From Lachnospiraceae bacterium (GTDB lineage Bacteria > Bacillota > Clostridia > Lachnospirales > Lachnospiraceae), in contig JBGUPV010000155.1 in NCBI GenBank assembly GCA_045130455.1, positions 22,890-86,889 of the forward strand: a stretch of 64,000 bases of DNA. Direction: 5' to 3'. The notes under the pieces were generated by a model, which worked only from the letters and a program-made list of their open reading frames with translations, was not told where the DNA came from and ran no database searches. Of the stretch, positions 8,847 through 18,946 are shown piece by piece (the first letter of the stretch is position 1; each line of letters starts with the position of its first letter). The position numbers and the translations under genes were made by a program.

Positions 8847-11507
8847 TCACTGCTTGCCGAGGTGAGCCAGCTGCTCCTCAACCTGCTTCATCATCGCGGT
8901 GTATTTTTCGAGCTTCGCGCGCTCCTCGGCGATCTTCGCCTCGGGTGCCTTGGATACGAAGCGCTCGTTGCTGAGCATGCCGTTGACGCGGGCAAGCTCG
9001 CCGGTGAGACGCTCCTTCTCCTTCTGAAGTCGCTCGATCTCCTTTGCGATATCCACAAGATCCGACAGCGGCATGTAGACGGTCGCGCCTGCAACCACTA
9101 CGGACACAGCGTCGTCATCGATACCGGTCTTGTCGCTCTGAACCGTAACTTCGCTTGCGCTGCCGAGTGCTGCGAAGAAGTCCTTGCTGCCCTCGAAGAT
9201 TTCACGAACATGCTCCGAATCAGAAACAACGAACACCTTCGCCTTGCGCGACGGCGGAACGTTCATGTCGTTTCTGAGTACACGCATCGCGGTAACGGCG
9301 TTCTTGATCAGCTCAACCGCCTCTTCCTCACGGCTCCATACGAAGGCCTTGATGAACTCAGGCCACTCGGAGATCATGATGGAAGTGTTGTCATCGAGAT
9401 GTCCCTGTGCGTCGGCAAGGGTGCGGTAAATCTCCTCGGTGATGAACGGCATGAACGGATGCAACAGCTTCATGGACGTCGTGAGAACCATGCACAAGGT
9501 AAACATCGCAGCCTGCTTCGTCTTAAGCTCCGTGCCGTAGAGACGAGGCTTCACCATCTCGATGTACCAGTCGCAGAACTCGGACCAGATAAAGTCGTAA
9601 ATCTTGCCTGCGGCGATACCGAGCTCGAAGTTCTCAAGGTTCTCCGTAACGTCGGCTACCAGCTGGTTACACTTGGAAATGATCCAGCGGTCCGCGTCCG
9701 TAAGGGCACTCATATCAAGATCGCCGCTCATGTCAACCTGCTCGAGGTTCATCATGATGAAACGGCTCGCGTTCCAAACCTTGTTGGCGAAGTTGCGGCT
9801 TGCCTCAACACGCTCCCAGTAGAAGCGCATGTCGTTGCCGGGCGCGTTGCCGGTGACGAGCGTGAAGCGAAGCGCGTCCGCGCCGTATTTGTCGATCACC
9901 TCGAGAGGATCGATACCGTTTCCTAGGGACTTACTCATTTTCCGACCCTGAGAGTCGCGAACGAGACCGTGGATGAGAACCGTCTTGAACGGAACCTCGC
10001 CCATCTGCTCGATGCCGGAGAACATCATTCGCATTACCCAGAACGGGATGATGTCGTAACCGGTAACCAGCGTGCTCGTCGGGTAGAAATACTCAAGTTC
10101 CTTGGTCTTCTCCGGCCAGCCGAGGGTCGAGAACGGCCACAGAGCCGAGCTGAACCAGGTGTCCAGAGTATCGGGATCCTGGCGCATGGGCTTGCCGCAC
10201 TTCGGGCAAACAGCGCTGTCTTCCTTGGTTACTACCGTCTCGCCGCACGCGTCACAGTAGAACGCCGGGATCCGGTGGCCCCACCACAGCTGGCGGCTGA
10301 TGCACCAGTCGCGGATATTTTCAAGCCAATGGAAATATGTCTTCTCAAAATGCTCCGGAACGAACTGCGTCTCATCCTTCTTTACAGCGTCGATCGCGGG
10401 GCCTGCCAGCGGCTTCATCTTGACGAACCACTGCATCGAAACGCGGGGCTCGATGGTGGTGCCGCAACGGTAGCAGGTGCCTACGTTGTGGGCGTGATCC
10501 TCGATCTCCGTGAGGGCGCCGCACTCCTGCAGATCCTTTACGATTGCCTTGCGGGCCTCGTAGCGGTCCATGCCGGCGTACTTCGGATAGTCGTCCGTGA
10601 TCTTCGCATCGGGCGTCAGAACATTGATCACCGCGAGGTTGTGGCGGAGACCTACCTCAAAGTCATTAGGGTCATGAGCCGGTGTGATCTTGACAACACC
10701 GGTACCGAATTCCATGTCAACGTACTCGTCGCCGATCACCGGGATCTCGCGGCCCACGAGCGGCAGCGTAACGGTCTTGCCGATCAGGTGCTTGTAGCGG
10801 TCATCGTTCGGGTTAACCGCAACGGCGGTATCGCCGAGCATCGTCTCGGGACGCGTGGTTGCCATCTCAATGTAGCCGCTGCCGTCCGTGTACGGATAGC
10901 GCAGATGCCAGAAATGACCTGCCTGATCCTCGTAGTTTACCTCCGCGTCGGAGATCGTCGTCAGGCAGTGAGGGCACCAGTTGATGATGCGGTTTCCGCG
11001 GTAAATGAGCCCCTTGTTGTAGAGGTTTACGAAAACTTCCTTAACGGCTTTGTTGCAGCCCTCATCCATGGTGAAACGCTCGCGGTCCCAGTCGCAGGAC
11101 GAGCCCATTTTCTTCAGCTGGGAAATGATGCGGCCGCCGTACTGGCGCTTCCACTCCCATGCTCTCTCGAGGAAGCCCTCACGTCCGAGGTCCTCCTTCG
11201 TGATGCCTTCCTTTGCCATGGCCTCAACGATCTTCGCCTCGGTGGCGATGGACGCATGGTCTGTGCCGGGAAGCCACAGAGCCTCATAGCCCTGCATACG
11301 CTTGAAGCGGATCAAAATGTCCTGCAGCGTGTTGTCCAAAGCGTGGCCCATGTGCAGCTGTCCGGTGATGTTCGGCGGCGGGATCACGATCGTGTACGGC
11401 TTCTTCTCGGGCCGTACTTCCGCATGAAAATACTTCTTGTCCTGCCACATCTGATACAGGCGGTCTTCAATCTCTTTCGGATTGTAGGTTTTAGCCAGTT
11501 CCTTCAT
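8847..11507 (-). CDS. valS: valine--tRNA ligase
   Basis: Class I aaRS motifs are present ([13 protein letters not shown] and KMSKSLGN), with full-length similarity to ValS including the C-terminal coiled coil. I place the start at the ATG at 11505-11507 ([14 protein letters not shown]), which has AAGGAG upstream. The ORF-track start at 11597 adds 30 Arg/Ser-rich residues that overlap the T-box terminator. Confidence 0.97.
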   Translation of the reverse strand: MKELAKTYNPKEIEDRLYQMWQDKKYFHAEVRPEKKPYTIVIPPPNITGQLHMGHALDNTLQDILIRFKRMQGYEALWLPGTDHASIATEAKIVEAMAKEGITKEDLGREGFLERAWEWKRQYGGRIISQLKKMGSSCDWDRERFTMDEGCNKAVKEVFVNLYNKGLIYRGNRIINWCPHCLTTISDAEVNYEDQAGHFWHLRYPYTDGSGYIEMATTRPETMLGDTAVAVNPNDDRYKHLIGKTVTLPLVGREIPVIGDEYVDMEFGTGVVKITPAHDPNDFEVGLRHNLAVINVLTPDAKITDDYPKYAGMDRYEARKAIVKDLQECGALTEIEDHAHNVGTCYRCGTTIEPRVSMQWFVKMKPLAGPAIDAVKKDETQFVPEHFEKTYFHWLENIRDWCISRQLWWGHRIPAFYCDACGETVVTKEDSAVCPKCGKPMRQDPDTLDTWFSSALWPFSTLGWPEKTKELEYFYPTSTLVTGYDIIPFWVMRMMFSGIEQMGEVPFKTVLIHGLVRDSQGRKMSKSLGNGIDPLEVIDKYGADALRFTLVTGNAPGNDMRFYWERVEASRNFANKVWNASRFIMMNLEQVDMSGDLDMSALTDADRWIISKCNQLVADVTENLENFELGIAAGKIYDFIWSEFCDWYIEMVKPRLYGTELKTKQAAMFTLCMVLTTSMKLLHPFMPFITEEIYRTLADAQGHLDDNTSIMISEWPEFIKAFVWSREEEAVELIKNAVTAMRVLRNDMNVPPSRKAKVFVVSDSEHVREIFEGSKDFFAALGSASEVTVQSDKTGIDDDAVSVVVAGATVYMPLSDLVDIAKEIERLQKEKERLTGELARVNGMLSNERFVSKAPEAKIAEERAKLEKYTAMMKQVEEQLAHLGKQ

Positions 11508-11587
11508 GTGTTGCTCCTTTCTGTGTGGGTGCGCTGTCCCGCAACCTCGCGAACTGCGTTCGCTCGGTGTACGTGCGCTCGGAACCC

Positions 11588-11889
11588 AAATAAACAAAGA
11601 CGCCCCTCGCCGTATAAGGACGAGGGGCTGTTCGTGGTACCACCTTATTTCGCAGCTTGCGCTGCCTCTTTACGCCGCTCCAACAAGCGACTCATCGGTA
11701 ACGGGATTACCCGGAGATTCCTATTCCCGCATCGCCGCGCCAGAAAGCACCGCTGCCGGTTTCAAAATCTCAGCTCCGAAGCTACTTCCGCATCTCCGTC
11801 TCCGAACCGGTCTTGCAGCCTTGAACCGGTCTCTCTGTCGGTCGGTGGAAACGTACTCCTCTTCTTCCATGCCTTTGTGTTATGAATAT
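11588..11889 (-). promoter_or_regulatory. T-box leader (tRNA-sensing riboswitch) of valS, probable Val (GUA) specifier
   Basis: The minus strand carries the AGAGAG GA-motif at the Stem I base (rc of 11831-11840). The conserved T-box AAUAAGGUGGUACCACG is the rc of about 11631-11650. A terminator follows: CCCCUCG-UCCUUAUACGG-CGAGGGG then CGUCUUUGUUUAUUU (11588-11628). The candidate specifier is GAA-GUA-G (GUA is the rc of 11783-11785). Confidence 0.85.
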
Positions 11890-11895
11890 GTGCAT

Positions 11896-11924
11896 ACTTT
11901 ACCGCAGCCCGAGGGCTTTGTCAA
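11896..11924 (-). promoter_or_regulatory. sigma-70-type promoter of the valS leader
   Basis: Minus strand: TTGACA (rc of 11919-11924), a 17-nt spacer, then TAAAGT (rc of 11896-11901). Confidence 0.6.
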
Positions 11925-11948
11925 GGAAAAATTCCGAGGCGTATCCGA

Positions 11949-13433
11949 TCAATAGTATGTGTACTCATACTCCGTCTGTTCCGGCTCCTCACCGTCGCTG
12001 AGCTTTACCTCTTTCACGATGTTCCCGTGATCATCGTAGTCCGTGCTTATCTCGGAGTAGAGCGCACTGAAGAAGTTTCTGGTATTCACTCTTCTGCCGT
12101 TCTCGTCGAAGGTCGTCTTCATCTTTTCCTCAATATCGTCATCGCTTAAGTATTCCTTCCAACTGTACATTTCCAGTCTCCATGTTCCGTCCAGCGCACG
12201 ATATTCCATATCCGACACTTCAAGCCCGTTCCCCCATTCCTCGTTCAAGCAGGTAAGCTGTCGAAAAAGTTCATTGTCCCCGTAACTTTCCGTCGACACC
12301 GAAGGCGTCAGAAAATATAATTCCTCTTTACTTACGGGCGCTTCACTCTCTTCTCCCGTATCGGGATTCCTTTCACAGGAGTACATCCGCTTGCTGAAGA
12401 TTCCTTTTGCCGAGTCCCAGTCGCAGACCGTTTTTTCGCAGTACTTCTCCCCCTCGGCATAGGAACGCATCACCAGGATCTTTCCCAGCGCATCAAACTC
12501 ATTTTCCTTGATCGTCCCGTCCGCGAACGTCAGGATGCTCTTCGAACACACTCGCCCGCCTTTATACTGATATTCAACGGTACACATCTCATAGGGTTCG
12601 CCGTCAATCTCTCCGCAGAACACTTTCATACGGTTCAGCCGGCCGGATTCATCATAATACTTCTCATAGGTCTTTTCCCTGGTCACCGTCACATCATCGT
12701 CATAAATTTGCCAGTATACCCCGTATCCGGTCACCTTCCGCTGCTCGGCATCATACTCAGCCGCAACCACCTCCCGCCGGGATCCCGGCGGCAAAGAATA
12801 ACCGATTGCCCCGACTTCTTTCCGGTAGATGAGATTCCCGTACGCATCATATTCCATCTCGTGGCACCAATAAACATCCCCGTCCGAGTCGGTACCTTTG
12901 TTCAGGATCTCATCCCCGTTTTCGTTGTATCGTATCTCCTGTATCCTTTTGTAATCTTCGTTTGCGTTGCCTTCCCGTACAAAGCGGATACGGTCGGAAT
13001 CCCCGTCGTATTCATAGGACATAACGTACGGAACAACCTTCGAAGGATCCTCTCCGGCCTTCGTGGTAACCGTCGTCAGCGAAGCGACCCTCCCTTTGCT
13101 GTCGTACTCGGTGCGGATCTCCGTTTTCGTTTCCTCCCCGAACAGATGCAAATACCAGGAACTGCTGAAGATTTCCCGGCCGTCCGCATCCAGATCGACC
13201 TCATCCGTCCGGATCTTCGTCCGCACCCCTTTCTCGTAAGCATACGTGTCACAAACATAGCTTCCGGGGTATTTCACCGCCGGATCATTGCCCGGATTTC
13301 CCGGCGTCGACCCGGTGTCCGCCACCGTCCCGTTGTTCGCGTCATTTTCCGACTTCTTTTTGTCTCCCTTGGTGCAGGCCGTCATACACAGACAGACGAT
13401 CAGCACCGGGATCAACCATGCTTTTCCTTTCAT
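11949..13433 (-). CDS. YD/RHS-repeat-like lipoprotein (family member 1)
   Basis: The start is moved to the ATG at 13431-13433 (MKGKAWLIPVLIVCLCMTAC, lipobox), which has GGGGGAG upstream. The track start at 13625 adds an Arg/Ser-rich extension that overlaps the upstream gene. Repeats: EYDAYGNLIYRKE, YDESGRLNRMKVF, DYDDHGNIVKEVK. C-terminus EYEYTYY. Confidence 0.8.
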   Translation of the reverse strand: MKGKAWLIPVLIVCLCMTACTKGDKKKSENDANNGTVADTGSTPGNPGNDPAVKYPGSYVCDTYAYEKGVRTKIRTDEVDLDADGREIFSSSWYLHLFGEETKTEIRTEYDSKGRVASLTTVTTKAGEDPSKVVPYVMSYEYDGDSDRIRFVREGNANEDYKRIQEIRYNENGDEILNKGTDSDGDVYWCHEMEYDAYGNLIYRKEVGAIGYSLPPGSRREVVAAEYDAEQRKVTGYGVYWQIYDDDVTVTREKTYEKYYDESGRLNRMKVFCGEIDGEPYEMCTVEYQYKGGRVCSKSILTFADGTIKENEFDALGKILVMRSYAEGEKYCEKTVCDWDSAKGIFSKRMYSCERNPDTGEESEAPVSKEELYFLTPSVSTESYGDNELFRQLTCLNEEWGNGLEVSDMEYRALDGTWRLEMYSWKEYLSDDDIEEKMKTTFDENGRRVNTRNFFSALYSEISTDYDDHGNIVKEVKLSDGEEPEQTEYEYTYY

Positions 13434-13455
13434 AATTCTCCCCCTGTTTCTTATT

Positions 13456-14760
13456 TCACTCCGTGAAATACTTCGGAAAATACGTATACTCGTATTCCTT
13501 CCACGGCTTTTCCGTTCCGTCTTCCTTGACGCGATATTCTCGCGTCCGATGATCATACTCATCGTACTCACGGATCTCATTTTCCGAATATCCCCGATAT
13601 GTCTGACGGATGATATGCCCCGCATTGTCGAACTCGGCCTCCACGACGGTTTCCATCATATCCTTCTCATTCGGATGCTCGGCACGCTCGTTCGCCCACA
13701 CGTATTTCAGTGTATTCTTCAGAATCGTAAAATGATAATCCTCGTCTGGCTCATTGACGGGATGATTCAACACGATGAAGTACTCTTCTTCATCCTCCAG
13801 CATTTCATCATCATACTGCTTGTAATGCCTCCGTAGGTTTACCTCACGATTCGCCACCGGGTAATCACTGACATCCCAAAAGTATACATTGTACGATACG
13901 ACAACGCCGTTGACGATCTTCTCTTCGGAGATCACTCTTCCCATGCCGTCATATACCGTCCGGTTTCTGACGTTGAACACTCCATTTATATCTCCCGCCG
14001 TGTCGTAGGAAAATTCAAGGATCGTTCCGTCCATACCGTAGGCTGTAGTTGACTGCGACCTCAAAACGCCGTTCGGATCAAACATCCGGGAGATGCCGCG
14101 GTTCGTCCCGCGGTCGAAGGATCGCTCTTCGATCATTGACACGCCACCGTCGTCATCGTAGAATCTCACGACAGTTATATCCTGATCGACATAGGAGTCA
14201 ACCAGGATCTCCGGAATGTCATTATCCTCACTCCATTTCCTGCGGAAAATGACATTGTACATGGAGTCATACTTATTTTCCTCAGCGCTGAACGTTCCGT
14301 CATCGCTCTCTCTCCGCGAATAAAGAACCCTTTGGGAATCGCCGTCGTACACGTAAGTGTACGCTTCGGTAGATTCAACATCGCGGTACCAACCGGAAAC
14401 AATCTCGTAATACATGCGATCCAACTCGTCGAAGAAGCATCTCTCTTCCGTCCCCATATACGGCTCATCGGAGTCATCAGGCGGATACGTCATGCCGGAG
14501 TCGTAAGACAATTGTTTTCTGCGGATCACACGCCCTTTCTGATCCAGATCACATTCTTCTTCTTTGATCAGTACGCGATAGTCCCCCCTGTACAAATACT
14601 CTTTCTTCGTATAACTCGCGACCTCGGTCTGCCGGCGTTCATCTGCAGCGTTCTCCTGCGGACCATCCTTTTTCGACGATCCGGAGCACGCCGAAAGAAG
14701 TGCCGCTGCAAGCAGCGCCACTGTAAGCAAAAGGATCATTTTCCGAATCCGTTGCGTCAT
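13456..14760 (-). CDS. YD/RHS-repeat-like lipoprotein (family member 2)
   Basis: 434 aa. ATG at 14758-14760 with GGAGAGGA upstream. Signal peptide RKMILLLTVALLAAALLSAC. YVYDGDSQRVLYS and MFDPNGVLRSQ are present. C-terminus EYEYTYFPKYFTE. Confidence 0.8.
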   Translation of the reverse strand: MTQRIRKMILLLTVALLAAALLSACSGSSKKDGPQENAADERRQTEVASYTKKEYLYRGDYRVLIKEEECDLDQKGRVIRRKQLSYDSGMTYPPDDSDEPYMGTEERCFFDELDRMYYEIVSGWYRDVESTEAYTYVYDGDSQRVLYSRRESDDGTFSAEENKYDSMYNVIFRRKWSEDNDIPEILVDSYVDQDITVVRFYDDDGGVSMIEERSFDRGTNRGISRMFDPNGVLRSQSTTAYGMDGTILEFSYDTAGDINGVFNVRNRTVYDGMGRVISEEKIVNGVVVSYNVYFWDVSDYPVANREVNLRRHYKQYDDEMLEDEEEYFIVLNHPVNEPDEDYHFTILKNTLKYVWANERAEHPNEKDMMETVVEAEFDNAGHIIRQTYRGYSENEIREYDEYDHRTREYRVKEDGTEKPWKEYEYTYFPKYFTE

Positions 14761-14781
14761 AGTAATCCTCTCCGAAACACA

Positions 14782-16149
14782 TCAATAGTAGGTGTATTCG
14801 TACTCGTAGGAATCCTCTGGAATCCATTTTCCGTCTTCGTCAAACTTAGAAACTTTGACTACATTTTGGTGTTCATCAAACTCTTCGATTTCTGTCTGCC
14901 AACCGTAGTGATACGTCATTCTCTTCATAATATCCCCGTTGGAATCAAAGACCGAGTCAACAGTTGTCTCCCTCTCCCGGATAAGCGCTCCGTCGGAAGC
15001 CCCATCTACCGTTTTTTCAACATACTCATATACCCGAAAACAACCAACATTACCAGAACGCGAATCCGATTCTTGTCCATCCAGATAAAAGCTTTCATAC
15101 TTCGGCACAAGGTTTCCGTCACTATCTTTACTCATCACGGTTCGGATATTCACCTTTCTGTTCGGTACCGAACTGTCCTCGACGCCCCATCGGTATTCAA
15201 ATGCAGTATTGACAACTCCATTGTCATGGAATTCCGTCTCTCTGATCATTCTTCCCTGATCATCGTACAAATACTCTCTGTAGCAATACATTTTCCCATC
15301 ATTGTCTGCACGTAAATACACCTCTTCAATCATCACCCCGGCTGTGTTGTACTTATACCGGGTTTCGGACGTGACTTTGCCTTCATCATCCCTACTCAGC
15401 TCAGCAACACAGTGTCCCTGTTCATCATACTCAAGCACTTCTTCATAGTAAGCGCCGTCAGAAGGATCGGTTACAACAACTCGTATCGGACGTCCGTTCT
15501 CATCATAGTACCACTCCTCTTCGCTTTGAATCTGTTCCGAGTAATCTTCACCTTTTCCATAATCGTAGCTGATCCTCTTTCCATCCTGAAAGTTCGATTC
15601 GTACAAAACCCTGTAATGATCACCATACCTCGAATCAAATTCTTTATGAAAAATCGTATGGCCGAATTGATCGTATTGACACTCACGAATAATCTGAAGC
15701 TCACCCTCCAGGCTTGTATACAGATTAATTTGACACAATTCTCTGTCAGAATCCCCGTCATAGACAGGCAACAAACTGGAATATTCCTCACCTTCCGGAC
15801 CAAAACTCTCTGCCCAATAGAATACTTGTCTGTCAAGATCATCGTACATCCACCGTTTTTCATAACCCGATCCATCGTCATCATACCGAACGTTCTCACG
15901 GATTTTTCTCCCTTTTGAATCCAGATCCACTTCGGTCACACTAATCAGGACTCGCTTTCCGTTCTCGTCAAACTCATAGCTTTTATAATCATAACTGCCG
16001 GGGAGCCGCTTATTCAGCTCCGCAGCGTTCTCCTGCAAATTCTCCTGTGAGCTCCCCTTTTTCGACGATCCGGAGCACGACGAAAGAAGTGCCGCTGCAA
16101 GCAGCGTCACCGCAAGTGAAAGGGTCATTTTCCGAAGGGGGTGCGTCAT
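14782..16149 (-). CDS. YD/RHS-repeat-like lipoprotein (family member 3)
   Basis: ATG at 16147-16149; the track starts one codon earlier on TTG. Signal peptide RKMTLSLAVTLLAAALLSSC. Repeats: YDENGRPIRVV, EYDEQGHCVAELS, LYDDQGRMIRETE, FDSNGDIMKRMT. C-terminus YEYEYTYY. Confidence 0.8.
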   Translation of the reverse strand: MTHPLRKMTLSLAVTLLAAALLSSCSGSSKKGSSQENLQENAAELNKRLPGSYDYKSYEFDENGKRVLISVTEVDLDSKGRKIRENVRYDDDGSGYEKRWMYDDLDRQVFYWAESFGPEGEEYSSLLPVYDGDSDRELCQINLYTSLEGELQIIRECQYDQFGHTIFHKEFDSRYGDHYRVLYESNFQDGKRISYDYGKGEDYSEQIQSEEEWYYDENGRPIRVVVTDPSDGAYYEEVLEYDEQGHCVAELSRDDEGKVTSETRYKYNTAGVMIEEVYLRADNDGKMYCYREYLYDDQGRMIRETEFHDNGVVNTAFEYRWGVEDSSVPNRKVNIRTVMSKDSDGNLVPKYESFYLDGQESDSRSGNVGCFRVYEYVEKTVDGASDGALIRERETTVDSVFDSNGDIMKRMTYHYGWQTEIEEFDEHQNVVKVSKFDEDGKWIPEDSYEYEYTYY

Positions 16150-16164
16150 CAAAACTGCCTCACT

Positions 16165-17562
16165 TTACTCGTACGTATATTCGTAGATCCACTCGCTCCC
16201 CGGGACAATCTCGTTGTTCTCCAACGAATATTCACGTACTACATTGCCCATCGTGTCGTATTCCCTGACATCACATCGGTCGTATCTGTTATAAGCTGTT
16301 TGCTTCACCGGCTTTCCGTCCTTGTCAAACTCCGTGTCAAGCCCCAGTCTCATTTCTTCCGACAGACTCGGTCCCCCGCTCCCGGTTCCCATATTCCAGT
16401 CGATCACCCGCTCCCGCATCCGATACATACTGTTGTAATCATCAATATCCCCGAGATAGTATGTTTCACTGGTAAGCACCTGAACACCATTGTAAAGATC
16501 GTATACCGATTCGCGGTTCACTTTTCGGTTCGGTACCGTCGGGTCATCGATATCCCACTCCACTTGTGTAAGAGAGTTCAGAGTCCCATCCAGGAAGTTC
16601 TCCGTTGACCGGCACAACCGTTCCTGCTCGTCATATTCATCCGAATGGGTCAGACACCAGACTGAATTGACCGCTGTATACCTGCGGTACTCTGCGATCT
16701 TTCCGTTGTTATGATACTCGAACTCCTCCTTCTCGTACGGGTTGTCAGGATCATATGACTGATCGTATGACGCCGTTCCGACACATCTCCCGTCCTCGTC
16801 GTATTCATACAGCTTGCGAACATGGTTGCCGGGCTTCAGATACTCAACTCCGTCATCGGTATAACTGTACACCGGGCAATGCTCGTCTTCCCAGAGCAGT
16901 CTTCCTTCTTCATCATAACAGAATGTCTCCACGACAACCTTCTCTCCGTACTCGTCCGGAGTATCGGCATACTTATATACGCGCCGTTTGGTTCCCTGAA
17001 TGTCAGAATCGACTTGAATTCTATAACCGTCGGTCAGCAGGTCGGTAGCCCGCTCAAAGATTAAGTTCCCGTATGCGTCGTACTGCCGCTCCGTGATCTC
17101 AACATCATCTGACGAGCCGTCCCCATGCTGTTCCTGATACACAATCCTGTCGGAATCCCCGTCATATGCCAGAAGTCCGTACGTTAAGAAGCGTATCTCC
17201 GTATTTTCCACCCATTGAGTTGCTTCCCAGTACACCACGCGCCCCAGCTCATCATACAGCCAGCGCCGCTGCCCTTTTCTTTGTAAATCCGCACCTCGTG
17301 CATATTCCCACCGGATCTTATGACCCTTCTCATCCATTTCGTACGCATCATAATCGGTATGCTCTCTGGTTCCGTCCTCCCGAATATAATACGTGTTAAA
17401 ACTGTACTTTCTCGGTCCCGTGTACTCTTCTTCCGCGGCTTTTCCGGATTTCGCATCCTCGTCCCTGTCCCGCGGTTTCTTCCCGCACGCCGACAACAGT
17501 GCCGCCGTAAGCAGCGCCACTGCAAGCAAAATGATCATTTTCCGTGATCCGTGCCTTCTCAT
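16165..17562 (-). CDS. YD/RHS-repeat-like lipoprotein (family member 4)
   Basis: 465 aa. ATG at 17560-17562 with GGGGAG upstream. Signal peptide RKMIILLAVALLTAALLSAC. Repeats: QYDAYGNLIFERA, CYDEEGRLLWEDE, EYDEDGRCVGTAS, EYDTMGNVVREYS. C-terminus IYEYTYE. Confidence 0.8.
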   Translation of the reverse strand: MRRHGSRKMIILLAVALLTAALLSACGKKPRDRDEDAKSGKAAEEEYTGPRKYSFNTYYIREDGTREHTDYDAYEMDEKGHKIRWEYARGADLQRKGQRRWLYDELGRVVYWEATQWVENTEIRFLTYGLLAYDGDSDRIVYQEQHGDGSSDDVEITERQYDAYGNLIFERATDLLTDGYRIQVDSDIQGTKRRVYKYADTPDEYGEKVVVETFCYDEEGRLLWEDEHCPVYSYTDDGVEYLKPGNHVRKLYEYDEDGRCVGTASYDQSYDPDNPYEKEEFEYHNNGKIAEYRRYTAVNSVWCLTHSDEYDEQERLCRSTENFLDGTLNSLTQVEWDIDDPTVPNRKVNRESVYDLYNGVQVLTSETYYLGDIDDYNSMYRMRERVIDWNMGTGSGGPSLSEEMRLGLDTEFDKDGKPVKQTAYNRYDRCDVREYDTMGNVVREYSLENNEIVPGSEWIYEYTYE

Positions 17563-17575
17563 CCCGATCTCCCCG

Positions 17576-18946
17576 TCAATAGTAGGTGTACCTATATTCC
17601 TCCCGCATGATCTCTCTGTACTCCGACGTCGACATCCGGATTTCCGTAAGATTACCGTGCTCGTCGTACTCCCGCTCTTCGATCCAGTTCGGAGTCTTAT
17701 ACTTCAGACTCGCCCTTGTTCCGTCGAGATGATATTTTACTCTGTAAAAATACGGCCAGGGATCATCCTCCAGTTCGGGGTGAACGATATCCGCGCTGAA
17801 CAACCCTCTCTCCGTGAATTGTTCGAGATTGTCGTCGATCAGCGCTGTTTTCTCTTCCGGATCATACTCGAACGGCGATCTGTCACCGTTCTGATAATCA
17901 CAAAGATATATGCAGCTCGCTTCGCAGTTATAGGTATCTCCGTCCTCGACTCTGCAATAATTCTTTATAACACCTGTCGGAACCCTTGTGTTCATGAGTT
18001 CGTACTCCGACATGGATTCCGCGTCCTCAACAAAAGGATAGTCACCGGCCCACCCAAGCCGCGGATCGAAGATACAGTATTCAAAGAGAACTGCCGCATG
18101 CGGCAGGGAATACAATCCCCCGTCGTAGACATCGATCCGCTCACAATAGTCAAAGTTATCAAAATATTTATACTTGTAACGCTCCGTCAACACCGGCGTC
18201 CACCCGGTTTCCGCGTCACACTGATAATTCCGCTGCTGCTCCATCAGCCCGTCGGCATTATATATTCTTTCACTCTCGAGCGCCCTGGTTGGATACTGCC
18301 CCGAGGACTCCGTGTTATTGTCAACGATCCGATACAGTTCAAGCGATCTCTCGTTCAACTCCGCCGTCGTCTCCAGCCGTCCGTTCCGGTTCAGCTCTTT
18401 TCGGAAAATGAGGTTTCCGTAAGTGTCGTATTTCCGCTCTGTATGCTCCAGAACATAACCGTCCGCATCCACGGTCCTTCGAAGCGTCTCCCGCTTTGTG
18501 TCACCGTCGTAGGCATATACCGTTGCGCGGGGATAGCCCTCGGCGATCCCTTCATCCGTCGTGCGCAGCGTCTCCTTATATACGACCCGGCCCAGATCAT
18601 CGCGCACGTACCACACCTCCTCCGTGCTTCCTATCGGGAGGTCATCGGATACGGTTGCCTCATATCGGCAGGATTTATAGATCGTCTGACCGTTTTTATC
18701 GACCTTGACAACTTCCGTCCGCCGGTCATTAACATTCTCGTCCCTCACCGTACTGACCTTGCACTCGTAGCTCCCGGGATTCCATTCGGTCGGCTCCGAA
18801 AGCACCCTGCGCACCTGCGCGGGGTCACCGCCATTCCCGGAATTCTTCGACGAAGCCGATTTTCGGCCGCAAGAAGAAAGCTGTGCCGCTGCAAGCAGCG
18901 ACACAACAAGTAAAATGACCCATTTTCCCCTGATCTGCCTTCTCAT
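17576..18946 (-). CDS. YD/RHS-repeat-like lipoprotein (family member 5)
   Basis: 456 aa. The ATG at 18944-18946 overlaps the upstream stop (ATGA). Signal peptide GKWVILLVVSLLAAAQLSSC. Repeats: AYDGDTKRETLRR, KYDTYGNLIFRKE, EYDEHGNLTEIRM. C-terminus EEYRYTYY. Confidence 0.8.
   Translation of the reverse strand: MRRQIRGKWVILLVVSLLAAAQLSSCGRKSASSKNSGNGGDPAQVRRVLSEPTEWNPGSYECKVSTVRDENVNDRRTEVVKVDKNGQTIYKSCRYEATVSDDLPIGSTEEVWYVRDDLGRVVYKETLRTTDEGIAEGYPRATVYAYDGDTKRETLRRTVDADGYVLEHTERKYDTYGNLIFRKELNRNGRLETTAELNERSLELYRIVDNNTESSGQYPTRALESERIYNADGLMEQQRNYQCDAETGWTPVLTERYKYKYFDNFDYCERIDVYDGGLYSLPHAAVLFEYCIFDPRLGWAGDYPFVEDAESMSEYELMNTRVPTGVIKNYCRVEDGDTYNCEASCIYLCDYQNGDRSPFEYDPEEKTALIDDNLEQFTERGLFSADIVHPELEDDPWPYFYRVKYHLDGTRASLKYKTPNWIEEREYDEHGNLTEIRMSTSEYREIMREEYRYTYY

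Noticed and set aside
500-11885. Long plus-strand ORFs opposite the lipoprotein genes and valS (500..1843, 1889..2911, 6770..8296, 8814..9926, 9969..11885).
   Set aside because: All are antisense to genes with strong protein-level evidence (valS motifs, lipobox plus repeat families). All are Arg/Leu/His-rich and lack RBSs. This is typical high-GC shadow framing.
11508-13625. Upstream extensions of valS (to 11597) and of the first YD lipoprotein (to 13625). There are similar extensions at 31160, 38460, 45803, 50709, 52023 and 56131.
   Set aside because: Each extension is Arg/Ser/Lys-rich and overlaps a terminator, a leader or the preceding gene. Each is followed by an internal ATG with a good SD that begins a recognisable N-terminus (a signal peptide or a conserved motif).
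6890-18946. YD-repeat lipoproteins as Rhs-type polymorphic toxins with immunity genes.
   Set aside because: The proteins are only 434-564 aa and end in a shared YEYTYY-type motif instead of variable toxin tips. I saw no Rhs core (PxxxxDPxGL-like) motif and no small immunity-like ORFs between them. Intergenic gaps are 12-22 nt.
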